Below, piece after piece: positions 62,014 to 64,000 of a stretch of DNA of 64,000 bases. Below the pieces are notes generated by a model. It saw only the letters and a program-made list of their open reading frames with translations, made no database searches and had not been told where the DNA came from. This DNA comes from Acidobacteriota bacterium (GTDB taxonomy: Bacteria; Acidobacteriota; DATKUA01; JAFGBY01). Positions within the stretch are counted from its first letter, which is position 1, and every line of letters begins with the position of its first letter. The translations under genes were made by a program, and so were the position numbers. The stretch is from contig JAFGBY010000030.1 in NCBI GenBank assembly GCA_016932915.1, forward strand, positions 9,671 through 73,670, written 5' to 3'.

Positions 62014-64000
62014 TTAGAACATCATCCCCATTGAGAATTGGAAGTCTGTCGTATCATCATATATTCCAGGATCCAGATTGTACGCAAATATCAATCTGAT
62101 CGGAGCATTAAATACAGGCATGAAAATTCTTGCTTCAACACCTGTACTCTTCCGGAGGTTGGAAATACTGAAATCCTGATCTTCCGAGAAAGCATTTCCA
62201 GCATCAAAGAACAGAATTAAACGCATTTCATTACTTATAAGGATTTGATATTCAAAGTTGAATAATAACATGCTGGTACCACCGCTGGGAACACCATATT
62301 CATTCAATTCACCGCCGACAGATCTGAGGTTCAAACCACGTATTGTACGGTCGCCGCCCAGGAAAAATCTCTCGGAATATGGAATTGCATCTTCGTCACC
62401 TAGCGGTTCAATCCAACCGAATTGTGCCCGTACTCCGAATACACCTGATCTCATAATTCTGATAAAATCGACTAATTCAACCGAGGTTTTAAAGAAATTG
62501 AGTGTGCCACCCATCCAGCTTGCGCCATATTCAAGAGATAGAGACCCCTTATAGCCACTTGTAGGAAATAATGGATGATCGATTGTATTGACCCTGAAAG
62601 ATTTGATAATAGAAGAAATGATCAATTCATCTTCAGGGAACAACCAGGGGTAGTTCTCATATAACGTTATGTAATACTGGTAATAGTAATAATAATAACT
62701 GTAGTACTCTTCTTCTTCTTCTGTTACCTCAGGGAAGTTGACACTAACTACTTGATAATTATATGTGATTGCTCCACTCCAGAAATCAGAGATAGGATAT
62801 GACATAGTCAACGTACCTCCAACTCTTTTATCCTCGTATCCCGGGTAATCATAATTCCTGATATAAATAGAAGCTCCAAGACCCATTCTCTGGCCGAGGA
62901 ACCATGGATCCGAGAAATTCAGGCTGAAAGTCTCAGCAAGTGTACCAAGCTGGCCACTGATACCAAACGTGTTTCCGGAGCCAAAGAGGTTTTGAGTTTC
63001 AAATGAGAAGGTACCGAAGAATCCTTCCAGTTCGGAGTAAGCAATACCGAAATTGATTATAGTATTACCGCGTTCCTGTACTCTAATACCTAGATCGACT
63101 TCTTTTGTTTCATTATCTACTTCTGGTTTGAGTTCTATCTGGGGTTCAAAGAAACCAAGCTGCTCAATCCTGTTTTTACTATATTCAATACGCTTGAAAT
63201 CATAAACATCACCTTCAGCAATCAACATCTGTCGTCTGATTACATCATCATTTGTTACGGTGTTTCCGGAGATTTCAACTTTTCTCAGATGATATATATC
63301 ATTCTCTGTTATTGATAAAGTAAGATCGACGGTGTGGTTTTCAGTGTTCTTTTTACGGTTATCCCGTATAGACGCCATTACATATCCTTTAAAACCATAT
63401 TGTTGCTGAAGGAAATCAACCAGACCGGTAACATATGTATGATTGTAAATATCTCCAACTTTAAGAATCATCGGAGAAAGTATTTCCTCAGATGTAAACT
63501 CCTTGTTTCCTTCAACATTTATACTTTGAACAGTGTACTGTTTGCCTTCATTTATATTGATTTCAACAATATATTTCTTTTTCTGTTTACCAATTAAAGG
63601 CCATGTTTCAACTGGAATCAGCCTTGGTTCACTGATCTGAACATCAAGATAACCCACTGTCCAATATAATTCCCTGATGCGTACAACATCACGGGCAAAC
63701 TTTAAATCGTTGAAAACATCCTTCTGGTCAAGAAGCGACAATGCGGTATTATTACCCAAGTCTTCCATAACTTTACGGATTTCCCAATCAGTAAAAGCAT
63801 AATTACCCTGAAAGATAAGCTGCTCAATCTGAATGCTACTTCCCTCAACAATGTCAAACACGATATCACAACGTCCTTTTTCTCTTGGAACGACGTTGAC
63901 GTTGATCTCCGCAGCCCGGTAACCTTTAAAACTAAGAGCTTCTTTTATTACCTGCTTAAACGCAGAAACCGTACCCATATTTAAACGGGTACCTCTTTTA
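62014..64000 (-). CDS. bamA: Outer membrane protein assembly factor BamA. The N-terminus, including the signal peptide and first POTRA domains, runs beyond the window end. The reading frame is open to position 64000.
   Basis: POTRA repeats followed by an Omp85 beta-barrel ending ...DDTTDFQFSMGMMF (C-terminal Phe). Contains an unusual EEEEEYYSYYYYYYQYY low-complexity insertion. Confidence 0.75.
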   Translation of the reverse strand, partial: KRGTRLNMGTVSAFKQVIKEALSFKGYRAAEINVNVVPREKGRCDIVFDIVEGSSIQIEQLIFQGNYAFTDWEIRKVMEDLGNNTALSLLDQKDVFNDLKFARDVVRIRELYWTVGYLDVQISEPRLIPVETWPLIGKQKKKYIVEININEGKQYTVQSINVEGNKEFTSEEILSPMILKVGDIYNHTYVTGLVDFLQQQYGFKGYVMASIRDNRKKNTENHTVDLTLSITENDIYHLRKVEISGNTVTNDDVIRRQMLIAEGDVYDFKRIEYSKNRIEQLGFFEPQIELKPEVDNETKEVDLGIRVQERGNTIINFGIAYSELEGFFGTFSFETQNLFGSGNTFGISGQLGTLAETFSLNFSDPWFLGQRMGLGASIYIRNYDYPGYEDKRVGGTLTMSYPISDFWSGAITYNYQVVSVNFPEVTEEEEEYYSYYYYYYQYYITLYENYPWLFPEDELIISSIIKSFRVNTIDHPLFPTSGYKGSLSLEYGASWMGGTLNFFKTSVELVDFIRIMRSGVFGVRAQFGWIEPLGDEDAIPYSERFFLGGDRTIRGLNLRSVGGELNEYGVPSGGTSMLLFNFEYQILISNEMRLILFFDAGNAFSEDQDFSISNLRKSTGVEARIFMPVFNAPIRLIFAYNLDPGIYDDTTDFQFSMGMMF

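Overview
This is a 64-kb, densely coded chromosomal segment from a diderm (Gram-negative-type) bacterium, probably an uncultivated lineage. It is moderately AT-rich. It uses the standard genetic code, since TGA is a stop, e.g. in the Rieske gene at 35965-35967. About 57 protein genes and one tRNA-Gly(GCC) lie on both strands. I saw no transposase, integrase, CRISPR array or rRNA. The cell-envelope genes (BamA, LpxD/FabZ/LpxI, TolC-like, TonB/ExbBD) confirm an outer membrane. Many alternative (TTG/GTG) starts in the supplied ORF track were re-assigned to downstream ATG/GTG codons with Shine-Dalgarno support.

Content in order:
- (1) An RND efflux operon on the minus strand: tetR, tolC-like, hlyD-like, and acrB-like truncated at the window start.
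- (2) An MBL-fold alkylsulfatase-like protein with an unknown N-terminal domain.
- (3) A small operon: TPR lipoprotein, lipoprotein, and a 969-aa outer-membrane fusion protein (gluzincin-like HEMTH domain + TolB-like propeller + beta-barrel).
- (4) Two tandem Wzy/O-antigen-ligase-like proteins with C-terminal TPR, then a fused MFS-spermidine-synthase-TPR protein.
- (5) tRNA-Gly with its own sigma70 promoter.
- (6) A housekeeping block: ELP3-like radical SAM, rnc, pyrF, rlpA, pyrD, pyrK.
- (7) A Ser/Thr kinase(PEGA) - FadL/PorV-like OMP - TPR - thioredoxin-fold PDO operon.
- (8) A metal ABC importer whose permease is fused to a complete DtxR+FeoA regulator.
- (9) The most unusual locus: a polytopic membrane protein, a Tat-Rieske protein, cytochrome b, and a CydA (cytochrome bd subunit I)-like protein with a C-terminal monoheme cytochrome c.
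- (10) A second, larger Ser/Thr signalling operon: zinc-ribbon 2xFHA, PP2C, FHA-TM-trypsin-like protease, zinc-ribbon-kinase-FHA, kinase-TPR-PEGA, secreted TPR. It duplicates the kinase+TPR module of (7).
- (11) ggt, then a futalosine-pathway module mqnA - mqnC/E - MTAP-family phosphorylase, then hisS.
- (12) The TPR-tonB-exbD-exbD-exbB operon.
- (13) Gfo/Idh/MocA oxidoreductase, lpxI, fabZ, lpxD and bamA (N-terminus beyond the window end).

All functional calls rest on motifs I read directly in the translations. No database search was run.
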